The notes below the pieces were generated by a model, which searched no databases, was not told the DNA's origin, and saw only the letters and a program-made list of their open reading frames with translations. The position numbers and the translations under genes were made by a program. From assembly GCA_040954595.2 (NCBI GenBank), contig CM082586.2, forward strand, positions 10,571,337 through 10,635,336: a stretch of 64,000 bases of DNA. Reading direction: 5' to 3'. Below, piece after piece: positions 36,598 to 50,400 of the stretch; the first letter of the stretch is position 1, and every line of letters starts with the position of its first letter. Source of the DNA: Balanoglossus misakiensis. Its lineage: Eukaryota > Animalia > Hemichordata.

Positions 36598-39500
36598 GTC
36601 TAGTGGAAAACGTTATTATGCGCATAGGCCTATATATGTGTTCTGCGCATCACAACAGAATTTTGTAAACAAACGAGGCTGTGTTTGGAAGCAACCATGG
36701 AAATTTTAGAACTATCTCTCGATCTACAGAGTCTAGTGGAAAACTTTATTATGCACATATGCCTATCTATGTGTTCTGCGCATCACAACAGAAATCGGTA
36801 AATAAACGAGGCTGTTTGGAAGCAACCATGGAAATTTTACAACTATCCGTCGATCTACAGAGTCTGGTGGAAAACTTTCTTATGCGCATAGGCCTATTAC
36901 GTGCTCTGCGCCTCACAACAGAATTCGGTAAATAAACGAGGCTGTTTGGAAGCAACCATGGAAATTTTAGAACTATCCGTCGATCTACAGAGTCTAGTGG
37001 AAAAATGTCTTATGCGCATAGGCCTATCATGTGTTCTGCGCCTCACAACAGAAATCGGTAAATAAACGAGGCTGTTTGGAAGCAACCATGGAAATTGTAC
37101 AACTATCCGTCGATCTAAAGAGTCTAGTGGAAAACGTTCTTATGCGCATAGGCCTATCTATGTGTTATGCGCATCACAACAGAAATCGGTAAATAAACGA
37201 GGCTGTATTTGGAAGCAACCATGAAATTTTACAACTATCCGTCGATCTACAGAGTCTGGTGGAAAACTTCCTTATGCGCATAGACCTATTACGTGTTCTG
37301 CGCCTCACAACAGAATTCGGTAAATAAACGAGGCTGTTTGGAAGCAACCATGGACATTGTAGAACTATCCGTCGATCTACAAAGTCTAGTGGAAACGTTC
37401 TTATGCGCATAGGCCTATCAATGTGTTATGCGCATCACAACAGAAATCGGTAAATAAACGAGGCTGTATTTGGAAGCAACCATGAAATTTTACAACTATC
37501 CGTCGATCTACAGAGTCTAGTGGAAAAATGTCTCATGCGCATAGGCCTATCATGTGTTCTGCGCCTCACAACAGAAATCGGTAAATAAACGAGGCTGTTT
37601 GGAAGCAACCATGGAAATTTTACAGCTATCCGTCGATCTACAGAGTCTAGTGGAAAAATGTCTCATGCGCATAGGCCTATCATGTGTTCTGCGCCTCACA
37701 ACAGAAATCGGTAAATAAACGAGGCTGTTTGGAAGCAACCATGGAAATTTTACAGCTATCCGTCGATCTACAGAGTCTAGTGGAAACGTTCTTATGCGCA
37801 TAGGCCTATATATGTGTTCTGCGCATCACAACAGAATTTTGTAAACAAACGAGGCTGTGTTTGGTAGCAACCATGGACATTTTAGAACTATCTCTCGATC
37901 TACAGAGTCTATAGTGGAAAACTTTCTTATGCACATATGCCTATCTATGTGTTCTGCGCCTCACAACAGAATTCGGTAAATAAACGAGGCTGTTTGGAAG
38001 CAACCATGGAAATTTTACAACTATCCGTCGATCTACAGAGTCTAGTGGAAAACGTTATTATGCGCATAGGCCTATATATGTGTTCTGCGCATCACAACAG
38101 AATTTTGTAAACAAACGAGGCTGTGTTTGGAAGCAACCATGGACATTTTAGAACTATCTCTCGATCTACAGAGTCTATAGTGGAAAACTTTCTTATGCAC
38201 ATAGGCCTATCAATGTGTTCTGTGCCTCACAACAGAATTCGGTAAATAAACGAGGCTGTTTGGAAGCAACCATGGAAATTTTAGAACTATCCGTCGATCT
38301 ACAGAGTCTAGTGGAAAACGTTCTTATGCGCATAGGCCTATATATGTGTTCTGCGCATCACAACAGAATTTTGTAAACAAACGAGGCTGTGTTTGGAAGC
38401 AACCATGGAAATTTTAGAACTATCTCTCGATGTACAGAGTCTATAGTGGAAAACTTTCTTATGCACATATGCCTATCTATGTGTTCTGCGCCTCAAAACA
38501 GAATTCCGTCAATAAACGAGGCTGTTTGGAAGCAACCATGGACATTTTAGAACTATTCGTCGATCTACGGAGTCTAGTGGAAAACTTTCTTATGCGCATA
38601 GGCATATGTATGTGTTCTACGCATCACAACAGAATTCGGTAAATAAACGAGGCTGTTTGGAAACAACCATGGAAATTTTTGAACTATCCGTTGATCTAAA
38701 GTTGAAAAGTTTTTTATGCGCATTGGCCTATCTATGTGTTCTGCGCCTCACAACAGAAATCGGTAAATAAACGAGGCTGTTTGGAAGCAACCATGGAAAT
38801 TTTACAACTATCTCTCGATCTACAGAGTCTATAGTGGAAAACTTTCTTATTCACATATGCCTATCTATGTGTTCTGCGCCTCAAAACAGAATTCCGCAAA
38901 TAAACGAGGCTGTTTGGAAGCAAACATGGAAGTTTTAGAACTATCTCTGGATCTACAGTGTATAGTGGAAAACGTTCATATGCGCACAGGCCTATCTATG
39001 TGTTCTGCGCATCACAACAGAATTTTGTAAACAATCGAGGATGTGTTTGGAAGAAATCATGGAAATTTTAGAACTATCCGTCGATCTACAGAGTCTAGTG
39101 GGAAACTTTCTTATGCGCATAGGCATATGTATGTGTTCAGCGCATCACAACAGAATTTTGTAAATGAACGAGGCTGTGTTTGGAAACAACCATGGAACTT
39201 TTACAACTATCCGTCGATCTACGGAGTCTGGTGGAAAACTTTCTTATGCGCATAGGCCTATTGCGTGCTCTGCGCCTCACAACAGAATTCGGTAAATAAA
39301 CGAGGCTGTTTGGAAGCAACCATGGAAATTTTAGAACTATCCGTCGATCTACAGAGTCTAGTGGAAAAATGTCTTATGCGCATAGGCCTATCATGTGTTC
39401 TGCGCCTCACAACAGAAATCGGTAAATAAACGAGGCTGTTTGGAAGCAACCATGGAAATTGTACAACTATCCGTCGATCTACATAGTCTAGTGGAAAACG

Positions 39501-41599
39501 TTCTTATGCGCATAGGCCTATCTATGTGTTATGCGCATCACAACAGAAATCGGTAAATAAACGAGGCTGTATTTGGAAGCAACCATGAAATTTTACAACT
39601 ATCCGTCGATCTACAGAGTCTGGTGGAAAACTTCCTTATGCGCATAGACCTATTACGTGTTCTGCGCCTCACAACAGAATTCGGTAAATAAACGATGCTG
39701 TTTGGAAGCAACCATGGAAATTGTACAACTATCCGTCGATCTACAGAGTCTAGTGGAAAACGTTCTTATGCGCATAGGCCTATCTATGTGTTATGCGCAT
39801 CACAACAGAAATCGGTAAATAAACGAGGCTGTGTTTGGAAGCAACCATGGACATTTTAGAACTATCTCTCGATCTACAGAGTCTATAGTGGAAAACTTTC
39901 TTATGCACATATGCCTATCTATGTGTTCTGCGCCTCACAACAGAAATCGGTAAATAAACGAGGCTGTTTAAAAGCAACCATGGAAATTTTACAGCTATCC
40001 GTCGATCTACAGAGTCTAGTGGAAACGTTCTTATGCGCATAGGCCTATATATGTGTTCTGCGCATCATAACAGAATTTTGTAAACAAACGAGGCTGTGTT
40101 TGGGAGCAACCATGGACATTTTAGAACTATCTCTCGATCTACAGAGTCTATAGTGGAAAACTTTCTTATGCACATATGCCTATCTATGTGTTCTGCGCCT
40201 CACAACAGAAATCGGTAAATAAACGAGGCTGTTTAAAAGCAACCATGGAAATTTTACAGCTATCCGTCGATCTACAGAGTCTAGTGGAAACGTTCTGATG
40301 CGCATAGGCCTATATATGTGTTCTGCGCATCACAACAGAATTTTGTAAACAAACGAGGCTGTGTTTGGAAGCAACCATGGACATTTTAGAACTATCTCTC
40401 GATCTATAGAGTCTATAGTGGAAAACTTTCTTATGCACATATGCCTATCTATGTGTTCTGCGCCTCACAACAGAATTCGGTAAATAAACGAGGCTGTTTG
40501 GAAGCAACCATGGAAATTTTACAACTATCCGTCGATCTACAGAGTCTAGTGGAAAACGTTATTATGCGCATAGGCCTATATATGTGTTCTGCGCATCACA
40601 ACAGAATTTTGTAAACAAACGAGGCTGTGTTTGGAAGCAACCATGGAAATTTTAGAACTATCTCTCGATCTACAGAGTCTAGTGGAAAACTTTATTATGC
40701 ACATATGCCTATCTATGTGTTCTGCGCATCACAACAGAAATCGGTAAATAAACGAGGCTGTTTGGAAGCAACCATGGAAATTGTACAACTATCCGTCGAT
40801 CTACAGAGTCTGGTGGAAAACTTTCTTATGCGCATAGGCCTATTACGTGCTCTGCGCCTCACAACAGAATTCGGTAAATAAACGAGGCTGTTTGGAAGCA
40901 ACCATGGAAATTTTAGAACTATCCGTCGATCTACAGAGTCTAGTGGAAAAATGTCTTATGCGCATAGGCCTATCATGTGTTCTGCGCCTCACAACAGAAT
41001 TCGGTAAATAAACGAGGCTGTTTGGAAGCAACCATGGAAATTTTACAACTATCCGTCGATCTACAGAGTCTAGTGGAAAACGTTATTATGCGCATAGGCC
41101 TATATATGTGTTCTGCGCATCACAACAGAATTTTGTAAACAAACGAGGCTGTGTTTGGAAGCAACCATGGACATTTTAGAACTATCTCTCGATCTACAGA
41201 GTCTATAGTGGAAAACTTTCTTATGCACATAGGCCTATCTATGTGTTCTGCGCCTCACAACAGAAATCGGTAAATAAACGAGGCTGTATTTGGAAGCAAC
41301 CATGAAATTTTACAACTATCCGTCGATCTACAGAGTCTAGTGGAAAAATGTCTCATGCGCATAGGCCTATCATGTGTTCTGCGCCTCACAACAGAAATCG
41401 GTAAATAAACGAGGCTGTTTGGAAGCAACCATGGAAATTTTACAACTATCCGTCGATCTACAGAGTCTAGTGGAAAACGTTATTATGCGCATAGGCCTAT
41501 ATATGTGTTCTGCGCATCACAACAGAATTTTGTAAACAAACGAGGCTGTGTTTGGAAGCAACCATGGACATTTTAGAACTATCTCTCGATCTACAGAGT

Positions 41600-44500
41600 C
41601 TATAGTGGAAAACTTTCTTATGCACATAGGCCTATCTATGTGTTCTGCGCCTCACAACAGAAATCGGTAAATAAACGAGGCTGTATTTGGAAGCAACCAT
41701 GAAATTTTACAACTATCCGTCGATCTACAGAGTCTAGTGGAAAAATGTCTCATGCGCATAGGCCTATCATGTGTTCTGCGCCTCACAACAGAAATCGGTA
41801 AATAAACGAGGCTGTTTGGAAGCAACCATGGAAATTTTACAACTATCCGTCGATCTACAGAGTCTAGTGGAAAACGTTATTATGCGCATAGGCCTATATA
41901 TGTGTTCTGCGCATCACAACAGAATTTTGTAAACAAACGAGGCTGTGTTTGGAAGCAACCATGGACATTTTAGAACTATCTCTCGATCTACAGAGTCTAT
42001 AGTAGAAAACTTTCTTATGCACATAGGCCTATCTATGTGTTCTGCGCCTCACAACAGAAATCGGTAAATAAACGAGGCTGTATTTGGAAGCAACCATGAA
42101 ATTTTACAACTATCCGTCGATCTACAGAGTCTAGTGGAAAAATGTCTCATGCGCATAGGCCTATCATGTGTTCTGCGCCTCACAACAGAAATCGGTAAAT
42201 AAACGAGGCTGTTTAAAAGCAACCATGGAAATTTTACAGCTATCCGTCGATCTACAGAGTCTAGTAGAAACGTTATTATGCACATATGCCTATCTATGTG
42301 TTCTGCGCATCACAACAGAAATCGGTAAATAAACGAGGCTGTTTGGAAGCAACCATGGAAATTTTACAACTATCCGTCGATCTACAGAGTCTGGTGGAAA
42401 ACTTTCTTATGCGCATAGGCCTATTACGTGCTCTGCGCCTCACAACAGAATTCGGTAAATAAACGAGGCTGTTTGGAAGCAACCATGGAACTTTTAGAAC
42501 TATCCGTCGATCTACAGAGTCTAGTGGAAAAATGTCTTATGCGCATAGGCCTATCATGTGTTCTGCGCCTCACAACAGAAATCGGTAAATAAACGAAGCT
42601 GTTTGGAAGCAACCATGGAAATTGTACAACTATCCGTCGATCTACAGAGTCTAGTGTAAAACGTTCTTATGCGCATAGGCCTATCTATGTGTTATGCGCA
42701 TCACAACAGAAATCGGTAAATAAACGAGGCTGTATTTGGAAGCAACCATGAAATTTTACAGCAATCCGTCGATCTACAGAGTCTAGTGGAAACGTTCTTA
42801 TGCGCATAGGCCTATATATGTGTTCTGCGCATCACAACAGAATTTTGTAAACAAACGAGGCTGTGTATGGTAGCAACCATGGACATTTTAGAACTATCTC
42901 TCGATCTACAGAGTCTATAGTGGAAAACTTTCTTATGCACATATGCCTATCTATGTGTTCTGCGCCTCACAACAGAATTCGGTAAATAAACGAGGCTGTT
43001 TGGAAGCAACCATGGAAATTTTACAACTATCCGTCGATCTACAGAGTCTAGTGGAAAACGTTATTATGCGCATAGGCCTATATATGTGTTCTGCGCATCA
43101 CAACAGAATTTTGTAAACAAACGAGGCTGTGTTTGGAAGCAACCATGGACATTTTAGAACTATCTCTCGATCTACAGAGTCTATAGTGGAAAACTTTCTT
43201 ATGCACATAGGCCTATCTATGTGTTCTGCGCCTCACAACAGAAATCGGTAAATAAACGAGGCTGTATTTGGAAGCAACCATGAAATTTTACAACTATCCG
43301 TCGATCTACAGAGTCTAGTGGAAAAATGTCTCATGCGCATAGGCCTATCATGTGTTCTGCGCCTCACAACAGAAATCGGTAAATAAACGAGGCTGTTTGG
43401 AAGCAACCATGGAAATTTTACAACTATCCGTCGATCTACAGAGTCTAGTGGAAAACGTTATTATGCGCATAGGCCTATATATGTGTTCTGCGCATCACAA
43501 CAGAATTTTGTAAACAAACGAGGCTGTGTTTGGAAGCAACCATGGACATTTTAGAACTATCTCTCGATCTACAGAGTCTATAGTGGAAAACTTTCTTATG
43601 CACATAGGCCTATCTATGTGTTCTGCGCCTCACAACAGAAATCGGTAAATAAACGAGGCTGTATTTGGAAGCAACCATGAAATTTTACAACTATCCGTCG
43701 ATCTACAGAGTCTAGTGGAAAAATGTCTCATGCGCATAGGCCTATCATGTGTTCTGCGCCTCACAACAGAAATCGGTAAATAAACGAGGCTGTTTGGAAG
43801 CAACCATGGAAATTTTACAGCTATCCGTCGATCTACAGAGTCTAGTGGAAACGTTCTTATGCGCATAGGCCTATATATGTGTTCTGCGCATCACAACAGA
43901 ATTTTGTAAACAAACGAGGCTGTGTTTGGTAGCAACCATGGACATTTTAGAACTATCTCTCGATCTACAGAGTCTATAGTGGAAAACTTTCTTATGCACA
44001 TATGCCTATCTATGTGTTCTGCGCCTCACAACAGAATTCGGTAAATAAACGAGGCTGTTTGGAAGCAACCATGGAAATTTTACAACTATCCGTCGATCTA
44101 CAGAGTCTAGTGGAAAACGTTATTATGCGCATAGGCCTATATATGTGTTCTGCGCATCACAACAGAATTTTGTAAACAAACGAGGCTGTGTTTGGAAGCA
44201 ACCATGGACATTTTAGAACTATCTCTCGATCTACAGAGTCTATAGTGGAAAACTTTCTTATGCACATAGGCCTATCTATGTGTTCTGTGCCTCACAACAG
44301 AATTCGGTAAATAAACGAGGCTGTTTGGAAGCAACCATGGAAATTTTACAACTATCCGTCGATCTACAGAGTCTAGTGGAAAACGTTCTTATGCGCATAG
44401 GCCTATATATGTGTTCTGCGCATCACAAAAGAATTTTGTAAACAAACGAGGCTGTGTTTGGAAGCAACCATGGACATTTTAGAACTATCTCTCGATCTAC

Positions 44501-47430
44501 AGAGTCTATAGTGGAAAACTTTCTTATGCACATAGGCCTATCTATGTGTTCTGCGCCTCACAACAGAAATCGGTAAATAAACGAGGCTGTATTTGGAAGC
44601 AACCATGAAATTTTACAACTATCCGTCGATCTACAGAGTCTAGTGGAAAAATGTCTCATGCGCATAGGCCTATCATGTGTTCTGCGCCTCACAACAGAAA
44701 TCGGTAAATAAACGAGGCTGTTTGGAAGCAACCATGGAAATTTTACAACTATCCGTCGATCTACAGAGTCTAGTGGAAAACGTTATTATGCGCATAGGCC
44801 TATATATGTGTTCTGCGCATCACAACAGAATTTTGTAAACAAACGAGGCTGTGTTTGGAAGCAACCATGGACATTTTAGAACTATCTCTCGATCTACAGA
44901 GTCTATAGTGGAAAACTTTCTTATGCACATAGGCCTATCTATGTGTTCTGCGCCTCACAACAGAAATCGGTAAATAAACGAGGCTGTATTTGGAAGCAAC
45001 CATGAAATTTTACAACTATCCGTCGATCTACAGAGTCTAGTGGAAAAATGTCTCATGCGCATAGGCCTATCATGTGTTCTGCGCCTCACAACAGAAATCG
45101 GTAAATAAACGAGGCTGTTTAAAAGCAACCATGGAAATTTTACAGCTATCCGTCGATCTACAGAGTCTAGTAGAAACGTTATTATGCACATATGCCTATC
45201 TATGTGTTCTGCGCATCACAACAGAAATCGGTAAATAAACGAGGCTGTTTGGAAGCAACCATGGAAATTTTACAACTATCCGTCGATCTACAGAGTCTGG
45301 TGGAAAACTTTCTTATGCGCATAGGCCTATTACGTGCTCTGCGCCTCACAACAGAATTCGGTAAATAAACGAGGCTGTTTGGAAGCAACCATGGAACTTT
45401 TAGAACTATCCGTCGATCTACAGAGTCTAGTGGAAAAATGTCTTATGCGCATAGGCCTATCATGTGTTCTGCGCCTCACAACAGAAATCGGTAAATAAAC
45501 GAAGCTGTTTGGAAGCAACCATGGAAATTGTACAACTATCCGTCGATCTACAGAGTCTAGTGTAAAACGTTCTTATGCGCATAGGCCTATCTATGTGTTA
45601 TGCGCATCACAACAGAAATCGGTAAATAAACGAGGCTGTATTTGGAAGCAACCATGAAATTTTACAGCAATCCGTCGATCTACAGAGTCTAGTGGAAACG
45701 TTCTTATGCGCATAGGCCTATATATGTGTTCTGCGCATCACAACAGAATTTTGTAAACAAACGAGGCTGTGTATGGTAGCAACCATGGACATTTTAGAAC
45801 TATCTCTCGATCTACAGAGTCTATAGTGGAAAACTTTCTTATGCACATATGCCTATCTATGTGTTCTGCGCCTCACAACAGAATTCGGTAAATAAACGAG
45901 GCTGTTTGGAAGCAACCATGGAAATTTTACAACTATCCGTCGATCTACAGAGTCTAGTGGAAAACGTTATTATGCGCATAGGCCTATATATGTGTTCTGC
46001 GCATCACAACAGAATTTTGTAAACAAACGAGGCTGTGTTTGGAAGCAACCATGGACATTTTAGAACTATCTCTCGATCTACAGAGTCTATAGTGGAAAAC
46101 TTTCTTATGCACATAGGCCTATCTATGTGTTCTGCGCCTCACAACAGAAATCGGTAAATAAACGAGGCTGTATTTGGAAGCAACCATGAAATTTTACAAC
46201 TATCCGTCGATCTACAGAGTCTAGTGGAAAAATGTCTCATGCGCATAGGCCTATCATGTGTTCTGCGCCTCACAACAGAAATCGGTAAATAAACGAGGCT
46301 GTTTGGAAGCAACCATGGAAATTTTACAACTATCCGTCGATCTACAGAGTCTAGTGGAAAACGTTATTATGCGCATAGGCCTATATATGTGTTCTGCGCA
46401 TCACAACAGAATTTTGTAAACAAACGAGGCTGTGTTTGGAAGCAACCATGGACATTTTAGAACTATCTCTCGATCTACAGAGTCTATAGTGGAAAACTTT
46501 CTTATGCACATAGGCCTATCTATGTGTTCTGCGCCTCACAACAGAAATCGGTAAATAAACGAGGCTGTATTTGGAAGCAACCATGAAATTTTACAACTAT
46601 CCGTCGATCTACAGAGTCTAGTGGAAAAATGTCTCATGCGCATAGGCCTATCATGTGTTCTGCGCCTCACAACAGAAATCGGTAAATAAACGAGGCTGTT
46701 TGGAAGCAACCATGGAAATTTTACAGCTATCCGTCGATCTACAGAGTCTAGTGGAAACGTTCTTATGCGCATAGGCCTATATATGTGTTCTGCGCATCAC
46801 AACAGAATTTTGTAAACAAACGAGGCTGTGTTTGGTAGCAACCATGGACATTTTAGAACTATCTCTCGATCTACAGAGTCTATAGTGGAAAACTTTCTTA
46901 TGCACATATGCCTATCTATGTGTTCTGCGCCTCACAACAGAATTCGGTAAATAAACAAGGCTGTTTGGAAGCAACCATGGAAATTTTACAACTATCCGTC
47001 GATCTACAGAGTCTAGTGGAAAACGTTATTATGCGCATAGGCCTATATATGTGTTCTGCGCATCACAACAGAATTTTGTAAACAAACGAGGCTGTGTTTG
47101 GAAGCAACCATGGACATTTTAGAACTATCTCTCGATCTACAGAGTCTATAGTGGAAAACTTTCTTATGCACATAGGCCTATCTATGTGTTCTGTGCCTCA
47201 CAACAGAATTCGGTAAATAAACGAGGCTGTTTGGAAGCAACCATGGAAATTTTACAACTATCCGTCGATCTACAGAGTCTAGTGGAAAACGTTCTTATGC
47301 GCATAGGCCTATATATGTGTTCTGCGCATCACAAAAGAATTTTGTAAACAAACGAGGCTGTGTTTGGAAGCAACCATGGACATTTTAGAACTATCTCTCG
47401 ATCTACAGAGTCTATAGTGGAAAACTTTCT
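41600..47430. repeat. 22-monomer (2906 bp) tandem duplication containing nested 397-bp trimers
   Basis: ORF pairs 42049/44955, 42294/45200 and 43630/46536. Private markers TAGTAGAAACG, AAACGAAGCT, TAGTGTAAAA, GCAATCCG, TGTATGGTAG and CACAAAAGAATT each recur 2906 bp apart. Confidence 0.88.
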
Positions 47431-50400
47431 TATGCACATATGCCTATCTATGTGTTCTGCGCCTCAAAACAGAATTCCGTAAATAAACGAGGCTGTTTGG
47501 AAGCAAACATGGCAATTTTAGAACTATCTCTCGATCTACAGAGTATAGTGGAAAACGTTCATATGCGCATAGGCCTATCTATGTGTTCTGCGCATCACAA
47601 CAGAATTTTGTAAACAAACCAGGCTTTGTTTGGAAGCAACCATGGACATTTTAGAACTATTCGTCGATCTACGGAGTCTAGTGGAAAACTTTCTTATGCG
47701 CATAGGCATATGTATGTGTTCTACGCATCACAACAGAATTCGGTAAATAAACGAGGCTGTTTGGAAACAACCATGGAAATTTTAGAACTATCCGTTGATC
47801 TAAAGTTGAAAAGTTTTTTATGCGCATAGGCCTATCTATGTGTTCTGCGCCTCACAACAGAAATCGGTAAATAAACGAGGCTGTTTGGAAGCAACCATGG
47901 AAATTTTACAACTATCTCTCGATCTACAGAGTCTATAGTGGAAAACTTTCTTATTCACATATGCCTATCTATGTGTTCTGCGCCTCAAAACAGAATTCCG
48001 CAAATAAACGAGGCTGTTTGGAAGCAAACATGGAAGTTTTAGAACTATCTCTCGATCTACAGTGTATAGTGGAAAACGTTCATATGCGCATAGGCCTATC
48101 TATGTGTTCTGCGCATCACAACAGAATTTTGTAAACAAACGAGGCTGTGTTTGGTAGCAACCATGGACATTTTAGAACTATCTCTCGATCTACAGAGTCT
48201 ATAGTGGAAAACTTTCTTATGCACATATGCCTATCTATGTGTTCTGCGCCTCACAACAGAATTCGGTAAATAAACGAGGCTGTTTGGAAGCAACCATGGA
48301 AATTTTACAACTATCCGTCGATCTACGGAGTCTGGTGGAAAACTTTCTTATGCGCATAGGCCTATTACGTGTTCTGCGTCTCACAACAGAATTCGGTAAA
48401 TAAACGAGGCTGTTTGGAAGCAACCATGGAAATTTTAGAACTATCTCTCGATCTACAGAGTCTAGTGGAAAACGTTCTTATGCGCATAGGCCTATATATG
48501 TGTTCTGCGCATCACAACAGAATTCGTAAACAAACGAGGTTGTTTGGAAGCAACCATGGAAATTTTACAACTATCCGTCGATCTACAGAGTCTAGTGGAA
48601 AAATGTCTTATGCGCATTGGCCTATCATGTGTTCTGCGCCTCACAACAGAAATCAGTAAATAAACGAGGCTGTTTGGAAGCAACCATGGAAATTTTACAA
48701 CTATCAGTCCATCTACAGAGTCTGGTGGAAAACTTTCTTATGCGCATAGGCCTATAACGTGTTCTGCGCCTAACAACAGAATTCGGTAAATAAACGAGGC
48801 TGTTTGGAAGCAACCATGGAAATTTTACAACTATCCGTCGATCTACAGAGTCTAGTGGAAACGTTCTTATGCGCATAGGCCTATATATGTGTTCTGCGCA
48901 TCACAACAGAATTTTGTAAACAAACGAGGCTGTGTTTGGTAGCAACCATGGACATTTTAGAACTATCTCTCGATCTACAGAGTCTATAGTGGAAAACTTT
49001 CTTATGCACATATGCCTATCTATGTGTTCTGCGCCTCACAACAGAATTCGGTAAATAAACGAGGCTGTTTGGAAGCAACCATGGAAATTTTACAACTATC
49101 CGTCGATCTACAGAGTCTAGTGGAAAACGTTATTATGCGCATAGGCCTATATATGTGTTCTGCGCATCACAACAGAATTTTGTAAACAAACGAGGCTGTG
49201 TTTGGAAGCAACCATGGACATTTTAGAACTATCTCTCGATCTACAGAGTCTATAGTGGAAAACTTTCTTATGCACATAGGCCTATCTATGTGTTCTGTGC
49301 CTTACAACAGAATTCGGTAAATAAACGAGGCTGTTTGGAAGCAACCATGGAAATTTTACAACTATCCGTCGATGTACAGAGTCTAGTGGAAAACGTTATT
49401 ATGCGCATAGGCCTATATATGTGTTCTGCGCATCACAACAGAATTTTGTAAACAAACGAGGCTGTGTTTGGAAGCAACCATGGACATTTTAGAACTATCT
49501 CTCGATCTACAGAGTCTATAGTGGAAAACTTTCTTATGCACATATGCCTATCTATGTGTTCTGCGCCTCAAAACAGAATTCCGTAAATAAACGAGGCTGT
49601 TTGGAAGCAAACATGGAAATTTTAGAACTATCTCTCGATCTACAGAGTATAGTGGAAAACGTTCATATGCGCATAGGCCTATCTATGTGTTCTGCGCATC
49701 ACAACAGAATTTTGTAAACAAACCAGGCTTTGTTTGGAAGCAACCATGGACATTTTAGAACTATTCGTCGATCTACGGAGTCTAGTGGAAAACTTTCTTA
49801 TGCGCATAGGCATATGTATGTGTTCTACGCATCACAACAGAATTCGGTAAATAAACGAGGCTGTTTGGAAACAACCATGGAAATTTTAGAACTATCCGTT
49901 GATCTAAAGTTGAAAAGTTTTTTATGCGCATAGGCCTATCTATGTGTTCTGCGCCTCACAACAGAAATCGGTAAATAAACGAGGCTGTTTGGAAGCAACC
50001 ATGGAAATTTTACAACTATCTCTCGATCTACAGAGTCTATAGTGGAAAACTTTCTTATTCACATATGCCTATCTATGTGTTCTGCGCCTCAAAACAGAAT
50101 TCCGCAAATAAACGAGGCTGTTTGGAAGCAAACATGGAAGTTTTAGAACTATCTCTCGATCTACAGTGTATGGTGGAAAACGTTCATATGCGCATAGGCC
50201 TATCTATGTGTTCTGCGCATCACAACAGAATTTTGTAAACAAACGAGGCTGTGTTTGGTAGCAACCATGGACATTTTAGAACTATCTCTCGATCTACAGA
50301 GTCTATAGTGGAAAACTTTCTTATGCACATATGCCTATCTATGTGTTCTGCGCCTCACAACAGAATTCGGTAAATAAACGAGGCTGTTTGGAAGCAACCA

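Larger units (their letters stand above)
30110..38140. repeat. 20-monomer (~2630 bp) tandem duplication, second copy interrupted by the PLE
   Basis: Offset is 2629-2630 left of the element (30305/32934) and 5189 across it (31492/36681, 31985/37174, 32361/37550), and 5189 - (2547+12) = 2630. Shared markers CCTATCAATG, TCTGTAGTGG, GATCTAAAGAG. Confidence 0.9.

Noticed and set aside
34484-36709. Overlapping small ORFs (34484+, 34689-, 35034-, 36291+, 36314-, 36527+)
   Set aside because: They are alternative-frame or UTR by-products of the PLE with no recognisable motifs.
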